DNA of 64,000 bases from a virus. Taxonomy: Duplodnaviria > Caudoviricetes. The notes below the pieces were generated by a model. That model worked only from the letters and a program-made list of their open reading frames with translations, was not told the DNA's origin and ran no database searches. Positions within the stretch are counted from its first letter, which is position 1; each line of letters begins with the position of its first letter. Below, piece by piece: positions 29,153-37,765 of this stretch. A program made the position numbers and the translations under genes. The stretch spans positions 1 through 64,000 of the IMG/VR virus record IMGVR_UViG_3300020036_002473. One strand, 5' to 3'.

Positions 29153-29793
29153 TGAACATTAGAGAATGGTTAGGGCTGGCTAATAAATTAGAACAACCGA
29201 CAGCACAGGTTAAGCATGAGAATGTCAATGACACTGACATCCGTAGCTCATGGGAATCTTGGAACAAATATTGGAATGATACTAAGGCTAGTGAGCCTAT
29301 GTATAGCTACGTATGGAAGAAGGCAGAGCAAAGGCTAAACATCTCTAAGAATGTTGTATCTAAATACTTTGCTAACCCTAACGATGTACCTTCTTCTCTG
29401 GCAGATTATACAAATCAGCACATGGAGCGAAATATTATTCTGTGGGCTATTAAGAATAAAGAGAATGAGGGTGTGGTGGAGAAATGTAAAAGCATTAGAT
29501 ACCCTGTGTTAGATATTGTGAAGAGTGTGCTCCGCTCTCCAGATGATTGGGATATTGCGTATGAATTCAAAGAGGGTCCATGCAACACAATAGGCTATGG
29601 AAGTACATTCACGTATTATACATACAAAGGAAATATTGCTCTTGGAAAGCAGAATATTTATGGAATTGCTTTCACACAGCTAGAGCGGGAGCTTATAGAG
29701 TGGTGCGAAGTACATATTAATAAAATTGTTACAGAGAGAAACATGAGTAAGCATCGTGAAGAATTTAATAATACATGGAAGGGCTTCCAATGA
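29152..29793 (+). CDS. Hypothetical protein
   Basis: 213 aa; AAGGAG RBS. Confidence 0.75.
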   Translation: MNIREWLGLANKLEQPTAQVKHENVNDTDIRSSWESWNKYWNDTKASEPMYSYVWKKAEQRLNISKNVVSKYFANPNDVPSSLADYTNQHMERNIILWAIKNKENEGVVEKCKSIRYPVLDIVKSVLRSPDDWDIAYEFKEGPCNTIGYGSTFTYYTYKGNIALGKQNIYGIAFTQLERELIEWCEVHINKIVTERNMSKHREEFNNTWKGFQ

Positions 29794-29874
29794 CAACATT
29801 TGAGTTTGTGTGTTTTATTGCTATATTTTATTTTCAGATTAAAACATTTATTATTTTGAAAAGGATGGGTAAGG

Positions 29875-30111
29875 ATGAATAACAAAGACAGAAATTTAAA
29901 CATTATTTCTATACGCAGAGATGAATTAATAATTCCATTAGAAAATACATTAGACAATTTAGAAGCATTAGGAATTGCTATGGAGATTATGGAGCCTTTA
30001 TATGAATTGTATAAAATTTGTAGGGAGGCTAATAGCAATGTGTATATTGCAATAGATGGGGATGTATGGCGGACAATAGCCTATTATAAAAATAGGCAAT
30101 TATGCCAATAG
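29875..30111 (+). CDS. Hypothetical protein
   Basis: Last clear gene of the plus-strand block. Confidence 0.55.
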   Translation: MNNKDRNLNIISIRRDELIIPLENTLDNLEALGIAMEIMEPLYELYKICREANSNVYIAIDGDVWRTIAYYKNRQLCQ

Positions 30112-31277
30112 GCCCGTAGGTCATTATAAGCATCGTGAGGTGCAGGCATGAATGACACTACATGCAGCAAATATCTAATTATAGAATATTTTGCTGGTGA
30201 TGAATATTCAAGCAACACAAGCAAGCATTATGTAATGCGCACAGACAAAGATATTATGACACATGCTTCAGCAGTGTAAAGAGTACATATATATATACAA
30301 AGTTTGCCATCTATAAAATATACAAGTATCGAGATTGTTTCACAACTATGTTTCACGTTCATGCAAGCACTCCTTCTCGGGTGCTTTCTCGCTTCGCTCG
30401 TTGTTTTCTTTTTGTCTGCCAGACATGCCAACAATCTCTTCTTCTCCTTGCTCTCAGCTCATATAAAACTGTTTTCTCATAGCAGCCTATACCTTCCTAT
30501 CAAACAACAAAATTAACACGTTTTACCCCTCATATTTCCCACGAATTAGCTGGAAACATAGCAAGAAAATATATGTTTTTCGTGTGCCGTGCCAGAGCTA
30601 ACAAATTATCGGAAATTTACCTGAATTTTTCTAAAAAATTATTTTTGGATGTCTGTTGGTTAGGACATTTATGATTTCATTCTTGAAAATATCTTGTAGC
30701 CTGCTGTGAGCTAACTCTTTGATTATAAAGGGATAGTAAGCATATTTGACAATAATACAGTGAGGCGTATGTGTTGTTTAATAGGCCCACCCCACTTATG
30801 CCTTTGTCATGTGTCGCCCCTGAAATATCCTCCCAGTCCCCGAAGTATGATACCCCGCCAGGCTACCGCAATCGATGCACAATGCGACTTCTCGCAAGCG
30901 TTGCCATTGCCCTACATAGGCGAAGCCGAATCGCCTTATGAGGCCTTGCAGATAGTCTGCTAGCGATATAGAAAATCCCTATCAAAGCCCGCCCTTGATA
31001 TGCTTCCAGCATTTCCGATAATACCGGTTATCAGCAATTATCAGGATATAGGGTAGGGTATGAGGTGCAAGCGATATACGTAGGCTATTGGAGTTAGTTG
31101 CAAGTTGTTACTAAGTAGGCTGGAAGTTCTCGGTTATGTTTGGTGGTGTGCTGCCTTGTGATTGGTGCGGACAGGCTGCGAGGGTGTGACGTTGGGAGCA
31201 AACTGCATTTTCAACTCGCAACATACTACTAGCTTCTCGTACTATAGTGCGAACAGTAGTATATAAGCACCTCATTA

Positions 31278-31343
31278 GATACCTAACAGGATACCTAACA
31301 GGATACCTAACAGGATACCTAACAGGATACCTAACAGGATACC
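31278..31343. repeat. Perfect tandem repeat, 12-bp unit GATACCTAACAG x5.5
   Basis: Units start at 31278, 31290, 31302, 31314, 31326, with a partial copy at 31338. Confidence 0.97.
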
Positions 31344-31620
31344 GTATAGCCTCTACCTTTTGCCGGCAAGGCAAGCTTGCTTGCGCACTTCTGAGGCCCA
31401 TTACAGCCGCCCTACCTTGTTGCCTATGGGATGGCATTGCCGTGTGGAGATGTGCGGATACGTGGCTTGTGAAGGGCAATCTAGCTTGCTAGTCCTTTGC
31501 CTTTTAGCCTGTGTTTTAATGTTGTTATTGCAATATTATTACATAACAATGATATTATACAATAATATAATTATATAAGCATATTCTAATATAATTAAAT
31601 GCTAGTATAGATAATAAAAG

Positions 31621-31648
31621 AAAAGGCTTATAATTAAATAAGCCTTTT
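31621..31648 (-). terminator. Terminator ending the early minus-strand cluster
   Basis: AAAAGGCTTA-TAATTAAA-TAAGCCTTTT. Confidence 0.75.
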
Positions 31649-31722
31649 ATATATGTATTTAATTGTACTACTTTAAAACCTGCATTTTGCAATTGTATAA
31701 TTTGTTTTTGTTGTACTCCATT

Positions 31723-32121
31723 CTAGCCAAGATATAACAACCCGTCGTCTCCTTCATATAAATAAGACTCGCCTGACATTTTACAAGCCTCGCTTAAACA
31801 ATCGCCAATATCATACCCGCCAAAGCTCCCAAGTTTTCTACCCCAAAACCCCGCCCCGTGGCCGTTACGTGTCAACCACAGGTCATGGCCTACGCCTTTC
31901 CAAGTGTATTCTGTACTATTCACCATAGCACGAGACAAACAAGGCTTGAACAGGTTGTAAAACGCCTCGCAATCGCTTTCGGCCTTCTTGATTAATTCGC
32001 CAGAGAATTGAGCGCCTTCTGTAAATTCGCTGTCTGGGCCGTACTCTGTCCACTCAATTGCGTCGATATAACCTGAGATAATTGCTTTTAGTTCAATTGA
32101 TTTTAATCTGTTCATAATCAT
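31723..32121 (-). CDS. Conserved early-region hypothetical protein
   Basis: 'GHDLWLTRNGHGAGFW' motif recurs in phage early genes; GGAG RBS. Confidence 0.75.
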   Translation of the reverse strand: MIMNRLKSIELKAIISGYIDAIEWTEYGPDSEFTEGAQFSGELIKKAESDCEAFYNLFKPCLSRAMVNSTEYTWKGVGHDLWLTRNGHGAGFWGRKLGSFGGYDIGDCLSEACKMSGESYLYEGDDGLLYLG

Positions 32122-32129
32122 TTCTCCGT

Positions 32130-32411
32130 TTATTCAACAACTAAAACATCTTTTAAAACCAGCTTTACATCAACACCCGGCAAGCTGTCATAATATTTTT
32201 GTACACTTTCAATAAAACTTTGTTGATCTTCTTTTGTACAATCCCAAAGAGAGGCCAGATATTCTACGCTTGTTTCATTGTGCCCATCTTGAAAAGTAAA
32301 GCATTCTAAGCAGGGGCGGCCCTTATTATATACCACGTAAAACATAATCGGGTGCCCAATATTGTCTTCACTATTATATTCTCTTTTAACAATAACGTGT
32401 AATTCATTCAT
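32130..32411 (-). CDS. Early hypothetical protein
   Basis: GGGA RBS; 93 aa. Confidence 0.7.
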   Translation of the reverse strand: MNELHVIVKREYNSEDNIGHPIMFYVVYNKGRPCLECFTFQDGHNETSVEYLASLWDCTKEDQQSFIESVQKYYDSLPGVDVKLVLKDVLVVE

Positions 32412-32434
32412 TTTAATTTTCCCGTTTGTTTATA

Positions 32435-32569
32435 TCAAAAACTAATTTCCTTGCCTTCATGCCTTGCCACAAAGTCACTACAATTGGCCTTTTGTAGGCT
32501 TCGATACAATACCTGCCCAGAGCGATTATACACGGCCCAGAAGGGCTTTAATTTTTTAATTGTCAACAT
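32435..32569 (-). CDS. Early micro-ORF (44 aa)
   Basis: Manual ORF MLTIKKLKPFWAVYNRSGQVLYRS...; GGGGGG RBS. Confidence 0.6.
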   Translation of the reverse strand: MLTIKKLKPFWAVYNRSGQVLYRSLQKANCSDFVARHEGKEISF

Positions 32570-32570
32570 C

Positions 32571-32696
32571 TTAAACCCCCCATCGTTTAAAAAGGTTTTT
32601 ATTCCGCTTTTGCTTGTTCGCTTTGTCAGGCTGTTTTGTATATTGTTCTTGTTTCTTGCTCTTTTTAATCTTTGTTAATGCGCTATTTGTTTGCAT
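32571..32696 (-). CDS. Early basic micro-ORF (41 aa), paralogue A
   Basis: MQTNSALTKIKKSKKQEQYTKQPDK...; AGGA RBS. Confidence 0.6.
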   Translation of the reverse strand: MQTNSALTKIKKSKKQEQYTKQPDKANKQKRNKNLFKRWGV

Positions 32697-32710
32697 GTTA
32701 TTATTTCCTG

Positions 32711-33097
32711 CTAGTTTGTACGAAAAATAAAGTAGCCAGCCGCTTTACTCTCTTCGCCGTCATAGCTTGCAAACGTATGCCCATACCCATCGGCATAAGC
32801 GTTTTGCGCTGTTTGTTCCCAGTCAATTTCAAAAGCGATAAAAGAAGGAATGTCATCTAATTTTAAATCATAACAATCGTCTATTATTTCTTTTATTGTC
32901 TCCACGTATATATCCCAGATGGAATTTTCAGAAATAATCCGATACTCGTTCCCGTCAAGTTCAAAAGTGAAATCATCTGATAAGGAACAATCTAAATTTT
33001 CGAGAGCTTCTTTAACTTCCGAGAACGTTAGACTATGGCCCCCATGCTCACAAATGCCAGATAAAAGCGTCTTCACTTCTTTTGAATATTTAGTCAT
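32711..33097 (-). CDS. Acidic early protein, ArdA/Ocr-like DNA-mimic candidate
   Basis: About 27 Asp/Glu vs 9 Lys/Arg by my count; C-terminal 'FEIDWEQTAQN...DGYG...YFIFRTN' resembles the ArdA C-terminal pattern. Confidence 0.5.
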   Translation of the reverse strand: MTKYSKEVKTLLSGICEHGGHSLTFSEVKEALENLDCSLSDDFTFELDGNEYRIISENSIWDIYVETIKEIIDDCYDLKLDDIPSFIAFEIDWEQTAQNAYADGYGHTFASYDGEESKAAGYFIFRTN

Positions 33098-33130
33098 CTT
33101 GTCTTACTCCAAAAAATTTAGGGGTTTGCT

Positions 33131-33208
33131 CTATTGCTTGCCTGTATATTGTTGTTGTTGTTGATTCTTGCTCTTTTTAATCTTTGTTAGTGCGCTGTTT
33201 GTTCGCAT
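33131..33208 (-). CDS. Early basic micro-ORF (25 aa), paralogue B
   Basis: MRTNSALTKIKKSKNQQQQQYTGKQ*. Confidence 0.5.
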   Translation of the reverse strand: MRTNSALTKIKKSKNQQQQQYTGKQ

Positions 33209-33210
33209 AA

Positions 33211-33429
33211 TTAGATCCCCACTAATGCAGCACGAATGCTGGTTTTATTAAAAATGGCACCATCTGGCGTTTTTGCTCCGCCCCATAGGTTAGTTAGTAT
33301 ATCAGCAGCCTTTTCTTTGGTATTAGTTTTACAAGCAATAACCGCCGCATTATAAAGCCATTCGTCATTATTGATCCATAAGCTTACATTCCACTGGTTC
33401 CAATTTTTATAGCCGTTATATTGTGCCAT
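33211..33429 (-). CDS. Conserved early hypothetical protein
   Basis: 'YNGYKNWNQWNVSLWINNDEWLY' motif is common in phage early regions; GGAG RBS; own promoter. Confidence 0.75.
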   Translation of the reverse strand: MAQYNGYKNWNQWNVSLWINNDEWLYNAAVIACKTNTKEKAADILTNLWGGAKTPDGAIFNKTSIRAALVGI

Positions 33430-33482
33430 TTTGTAATGCTCCTTTTTTGCTTTTAGGCCCTATGCCTTGAGCTGATAAATTC

Positions 33483-33510
33483 ATTATACCTGTACAATTT
33501 TACATTACAA
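33483..33510 (-). promoter_or_regulatory. Early sigma70 promoter
   Basis: TTGTAA N16 TATAAT with an A/T-rich UP-like tract. Confidence 0.7.
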
Positions 33511-33832
33511 GCGTTTTTTAAAAATAATTTTTGTATAGCATCCTGTCCATTCTTTAAAGCTTGATTGATTAAAAAGCTCCAATGATTCTAGCACGCCGTT
33601 TGACAATCTATCTATACAAATGCCGCCTTTGATGTAATCCATCTTAAAACCCCCCTTTAATCGCTGCATTTAATTGCATGGCCGCTCTTGCGTGTGCTTT
33701 TGTCAAACCATTGTTCACGGCATACCCCTTAACAAAAAGCAAAACAAAGCGAAGGCACAATGCCCACAGAATACACCAAGCCAAGAAAAACGGATTTAAT
33801 CAGGGTTTTTGCATTCATTTTAGAACCTCTTT

Positions 33833-33940
33833 TTAACGGTAGGATTTGTGCAAAATAACGCGACGGCCATCATCAAAAACGCCAACAATGAAGCCAGATT
33901 TAAACCACGTTTTTAGCTCAACTTTTGATTTTTTCAACAT
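33833..33940 (-). CDS. First early micro-ORF (35 aa)
   Basis: MLKKSKVELKTWFKSGFIVGVFDDGRRVILHKSYR*; GAGG RBS; followed by further 24-45 aa ORFs down to about 33505. Confidence 0.5.
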   Translation of the reverse strand: MLKKSKVELKTWFKSGFIVGVFDDGRRVILHKSYR

Positions 33941-33994
33941 AATAAAACCTCTTTTGTGTGTGCCTTGCTAGGCGTTTGCTGATTCGATGTAGTG

Positions 33995-34022
33995 ATTCTA
34001 CTCTCTTGGCTATCCCTGTCAA
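33995..34022 (-). promoter_or_regulatory. Strong early sigma70 promoter
   Basis: TTGACA N16 TAGAAT. Confidence 0.75.
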
Positions 34023-34134
34023 GCGTTATGCAAAATAATTTCAAATAGTTTTAAGCTTGTTTTGTTTATATAGAATAGCAAATTCCATGCCAGCCATGAC
34101 AGAAAACAAGTTAAAATTTTTTCACGCATAACGC

Positions 34135-34163
34135 TTGCAAGCCTTGTTTATATATGGTTTAAT
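34135..34163 (+). promoter_or_regulatory. Divergent early promoter
   Basis: TTGCAA N17 TTTAAT with TG; shares GCATAACGCTTG with the minus-strand promoter. Confidence 0.6.
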
Positions 34164-34542
34164 AGCACTATGCAACGGAATAACCCTTTTGAGGTTACGC
34201 CGCGGCGGATTGTGCCTGACGTTTATAGAATGGCATAAAAACAACATGCGCGGCTTTTCTGTCTCATTTAGACAGCAGGCCCATTGAAGGAGGCTATATT
34301 AGAATATGCTAATATGCTTATTTGCTACGCTCGTTTTCTCGACTTTATAGAATTTGAGAGGGTGGCTGGAAACTGGTATGAGCTAAGTGCTTGATTTAAA
34401 AGCTAAAAGTGAACCACATTTTTGTGGGGCCATCTGAAACCATTTTCATTTATAAATGAGATTACCACCCGCACCCAAGCAAAATGTTGTCCAACCAAAC
34501 AGAATAGAAAACTAAGTTTTAATTTTAAGCAAAGGAGAAGTT

Positions 34543-34980
34543 ATGTGCGAAACATTTATACAGGAAATTGAATGGCCTGATAAGATTGAATACTGGAAGT
34601 ATGTGGGCTTTAAGACAGCAGAAAGAAACACAATATATGCTTCTACATTGGTGGAATATGCAAGGCTTATGGTGGAAAGCAGAACACTTGGCCTTCCAAG
34701 AGATAAGACAAAGATGATTGACGCTCAAGATGAATATGAAGCTGATTTGTGCGAGTGTTGCTGCAAGCTTGTTAGAAACATGTTCTACCCAGAATACAAT
34801 GAATTCCTAGACGACTTAACAAGTGTTATTGTTGACTACGCTATGGAGGACTATTGGAAGAACAATGCTGTAATGGATATACATGAATATGAGCACCCTC
34901 TTGTGTACTTTGTCATAGAAGCATTCAATAAGTATAAGCACCTGCATGAGAGTGCTAAAGCAACATACAAGCAACAATAA
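34543..34980 (+). CDS. Hypothetical protein
   Basis: AAGGAG RBS; isolated plus-strand gene. Confidence 0.75.
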   Translation: MCETFIQEIEWPDKIEYWKYVGFKTAERNTIYASTLVEYARLMVESRTLGLPRDKTKMIDAQDEYEADLCECCCKLVRNMFYPEYNEFLDDLTSVIVDYAMEDYWKNNAVMDIHEYEHPLVYFVIEAFNKYKHLHESAKATYKQQ

Positions 34981-34985
34981 AACAA

Positions 34986-35036
34986 AAGCCCATAAGCAGC
35001 CTATAGAAATTCTCTACAAGCAAGCTTATGGGCTTG
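34986..35036. terminator. Hairpin between convergent units
   Basis: AAGCCCATAAGC...GCTTATGGGCTT. Confidence 0.6.
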
Positions 35037-35078
35037 TCACTTTAATAACCATTGTAAGCAATAAACACCTATTCCAGT

Positions 35079-35139
35079 CGTTTAAATGGTGTCTCCTAGG
35101 CTACCCTATTACCGCATACATTTAAAGCGTTTTACACCA
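35079..35139 (+). repeat. 61-bp dispersed stem-loop repeat, copy 1
   Basis: 18-bp core CTAGGCTACCCTATTACC (35096-35113) is identical to the inverted copy at 39550-39567. Confidence 0.85.
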
Positions 35140-35275
35140 CTATTTTCCCTACAAGATAGCCACTTTGTATGCCTCCCTGAGAGCAAAGAAGAAGCCTCCT
35201 ACAGCTGGAGGCTCTACATCCCTGAACTTGATTTCCTTTTTGTATGTTTTAAAATGAAATAAAATATCAGCGGCT

Positions 35276-35497
35276 TCAAATGTGCCAATCTAAATCTGAT
35301 AATTTATCAACTGCCCAATATAATTTAGTGACCTTGTTATACAGCTCCTCCAAATCTGCTTCAAGCTTAGCTACACGCTTCTTAAGCTCAGTATTCTCTT
35401 TAACCAAAACTCCTGTTGGTGTTTCTTGGTCAGACACATCAAACCCTTTTCTTGGTAGCCCACAATAGTAATCCCTGTAGTCATAATGTGACATCAA
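35276..35497 (-). CDS. Hypothetical coiled-coil protein
   Basis: GAGGAG RBS. Confidence 0.7.
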   Translation of the reverse strand: MMSHYDYRDYYCGLPRKGFDVSDQETPTGVLVKENTELKKRVAKLEADLEELYNKVTKLYWAVDKLSDLDWHI

Positions 35498-35763
35498 TGT
35501 TTCTCCTCTTCAAGAAACGCCAACATTTCGTTAATAGCATCCCTATACCCATCATTCCATTGTTGTGTGGAGACAGCTTTAATAAAAGCTAATAGCTCTT
35601 CAGCCTTCCCAACATTCTCAATTTCAAGTTCTATAACCTCAGTTGCTACAGGGGAAGTTACCAAATTCTCGCCATAATAAAACTTGACCACCCCTACTTC
35701 ATCATTGTCTCCAAATCCTTTTACATCGTTATAACGCCATGTCATGTGCAGCTTTTTAGTCAT
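35494..35763 (-). CDS. Hypothetical protein
   Basis: Coupled to its neighbours. Confidence 0.7.
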   Translation of the reverse strand: MTKKLHMTWRYNDVKGFGDNDEVGVVKFYYGENLVTSPVATEVIELEIENVGKAEELLAFIKAVSTQQWNDGYRDAINEMLAFLEEEKH

Positions 35764-36061
35764 TTAGTTCTCCATCCCAACGAATTGTCTTGCTAATGAC
35801 ATTTTTATGCTTGCTCTTAAAACCCTCAAGCACCTCTCCAAAATCTGGAACATCACCACCGACATCTAGCAGCACTCTCCAAACATCTTGAGAATGAATG
35901 TTATTACACAGCCTAACAATATCCCAATGAATGTTCTTTGTAAAAACCATCTTGTCTCGTGTCCTGTCTTTCATAGCTAAAGAATAAAGGCTGTTACGGA
36001 GAATAGAGAGATTTCCATCAGAGTGTTTTAATAATAAATCTTTTGCAATAGTGGTTTTCAT
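35756..36061 (-). CDS. Hypothetical protein
   Basis: Likely start MKTTIAK at 36061 (ATGA overlap). Confidence 0.65.
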   Translation of the reverse strand: MKTTIAKDLLLKHSDGNLSILRNSLYSLAMKDRTRDKMVFTKNIHWDIVRLCNNIHSQDVWRVLLDVGGDVPDFGEVLEGFKSKHKNVISKTIRWDGELND

Positions 36062-36396
36062 AGATGTCCTTCCTTCCAAGATGTGTTCATTTCTAAAATG
36101 CAAGCACGACAAACAAGAATATTGTCATCATACTCGTTTGTGTGCTCTGTATCAATAATTGTATAAACACTACCCCCGCAAAGATTGCATTCATATGTAG
36201 CCCATCCTGAAGGGAGTATTCTGCTTTCTATAATCTGTGCTGTATCTCTACATCCTAGAATTTGATTATAGATTTGCTCTCCTGTAAGCTTATTATTGGA
36301 AAAGCTTGGAGTGTCCCACCATAGAGAGTTGCTTCCATATTGCCGTTTAAAATCTTCAGCAACATCCTCAACAGATTTCTTCTTTAATAGCTTCAT
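36058..36396 (-). CDS. Hypothetical protein with CxxC...CxxC zinc motif
   Basis: 'ECNLCG...VCRAC'; AGGAG RBS. Confidence 0.7.
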   Translation of the reverse strand: MKLLKKKSVEDVAEDFKRQYGSNSLWWDTPSFSNNKLTGEQIYNQILGCRDTAQIIESRILPSGWATYECNLCGGSVYTIIDTEHTNEYDDNILVCRACILEMNTSWKEGHL

Positions 36397-36423
36397 GTGC
36401 TCTCCTTTTCTATTTATGCAATC

Positions 36424-36813
36424 CTACCAATCAATATCTATAGCATAGTCACCAGCTGCCAGAACACCTTTATTATATAAATCATTAGCTACAACTTCCA
36501 AGCTAGGGTAGAAATTACGATGCCATAAAAGTTCAATACCACGTTCTGATCTATCCCATTCGTCTGTACCTTCAAACTCCTGCTCTACAGGACGTTCAAG
36601 CCAACCCTTAAAGCTAACCCCCATATCGTCATCTGCAATACAAATAGTATCATTTTCATAGTCATACCCTTTTGCATTCTCTAAAGGAATTGTGAAATAT
36701 TCAATACCTCGTGATTTACAACCATCTTGTTGCTGAAACTTGTAAGGCTTTCCATATTCTTTCTCAACAATTTCATCCCATTCTTGGACATCAATAATAT
36801 TCACTACTTTCAT
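36424..36813 (-). CDS. Hypothetical acidic protein
   Basis: AAGGAG RBS. Confidence 0.75.
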   Translation of the reverse strand: MKVVNIIDVQEWDEIVEKEYGKPYKFQQQDGCKSRGIEYFTIPLENAKGYDYENDTICIADDDMGVSFKGWLERPVEQEFEGTDEWDRSERGIELLWHRNFYPSLEVVANDLYNKGVLAAGDYAIDIDW

Positions 36814-36863
36814 TTGTGTTCTCCTTAATATTTAAAATTTCTCTCCACAAGAGAGATGTGCTT

Positions 36864-37565
36864 TCAGAATGAAAGGATTTCTCTCCATTGCTCTAAAATA
36901 GCTTCTTCCCGTGTGCTATACGTATTAAGAATAACATGCTGGAAGGCTTCTTGTCCGAGATGCTCGCTGTTGTGTTGCTCTCCTAAGATAATGTTTTCAG
37001 GGTTGTGTACATAAACAAAATAAGGAAATGTCTTTTCATCTACATAACAACCATCCAGCACCATCTTTGTTTCCGCAATAGCTTTAAGTTCGTTGTAATA
37101 GCGACAGTCTGTAACAATTACAAAATCTGGAGGATTCGAATTAGAATTCTTACATTGTGTAAAAATAACATCCTGTGTGTAGTCGATGTAATAATCACTA
37201 TGGTGACGCTCCTTCTTATAATCCGAATAATGTTGCATCCACCAGCGCATAGAACGAGGAACATCTACAGAATGCTTATTGTCTACGCACCAGCTAATGA
37301 AGAACTTGTCTTGGCAATTCACAACACGCAAAGCTGAATTATCCTTCTGCTTAATATGGGAAGGCATGTGCCACATGTGCAAAGGAATCCCTGTAACATT
37401 GCAGCATTGTTGCTTTAAGTGGTCTGCAAAGGCTGTTTGGAAAATTGTTTTTCCTTGTTTTTCTAAAGCATTTGTTAAAATGCTTACACAGTGGTCTTTG
37501 CCAGAGCCTGCTTTTCCTCCTACACATATAAAGCGGGTATCACCCAATTTTGTGTTACACGACAT
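36864..37565 (-). CDS. Deoxynucleoside monophosphate kinase
   Basis: P-loop 'GKAGSGKD', 'AFADHLK', 'IVTDCRYYNE' (T4 gp1-like); start MSCN at 37565. Confidence 0.85.
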   Translation of the reverse strand: MSCNTKLGDTRFICVGGKAGSGKDHCVSILTNALEKQGKTIFQTAFADHLKQQCCNVTGIPLHMWHMPSHIKQKDNSALRVVNCQDKFFISWCVDNKHSVDVPRSMRWWMQHYSDYKKERHHSDYYIDYTQDVIFTQCKNSNSNPPDFVIVTDCRYYNELKAIAETKMVLDGCYVDEKTFPYFVYVHNPENIILGEQHNSEHLGQEAFQHVILNTYSTREEAILEQWREILSF

Positions 37566-37765
37566 TATTGTTTCTCCTTCACAATTAAATATACAACAGA
37601 CATAGCCCATAAAGCCCAGCCAAACAACAAGCAAGCTAAAACCACAGAGAGGCTATGAGATTTCTCCTTAACAACACAAATGTGCCAAAACAGATATGGA
37701 ATGCCAGCCCACAGGAGGATGAAAAGGGATTGTAGGAGGATGGCTGTTAGCTGTGTTTGTGTCAT
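37565..37765 (-). CDS. Small membrane protein
   Basis: Two hydrophobic helices. Confidence 0.65.
   Translation of the reverse strand: MTQTQLTAILLQSLFILLWAGIPYLFWHICVVKEKSHSLSVVLACLLFGWALWAMSVVYLIVKEKQ

Noticed and set aside
31278-31343. CRISPR array
   Set aside because: The units are contiguous with no spacers, and no cas genes are present.
31111-31492. ORFs with YPVR and GYLT repeats (31111-31479 minus, 31247-31492 plus)
   Set aside because: They are by-products of the stop-free 12-bp tandem repeat; no RBS and atypical composition.
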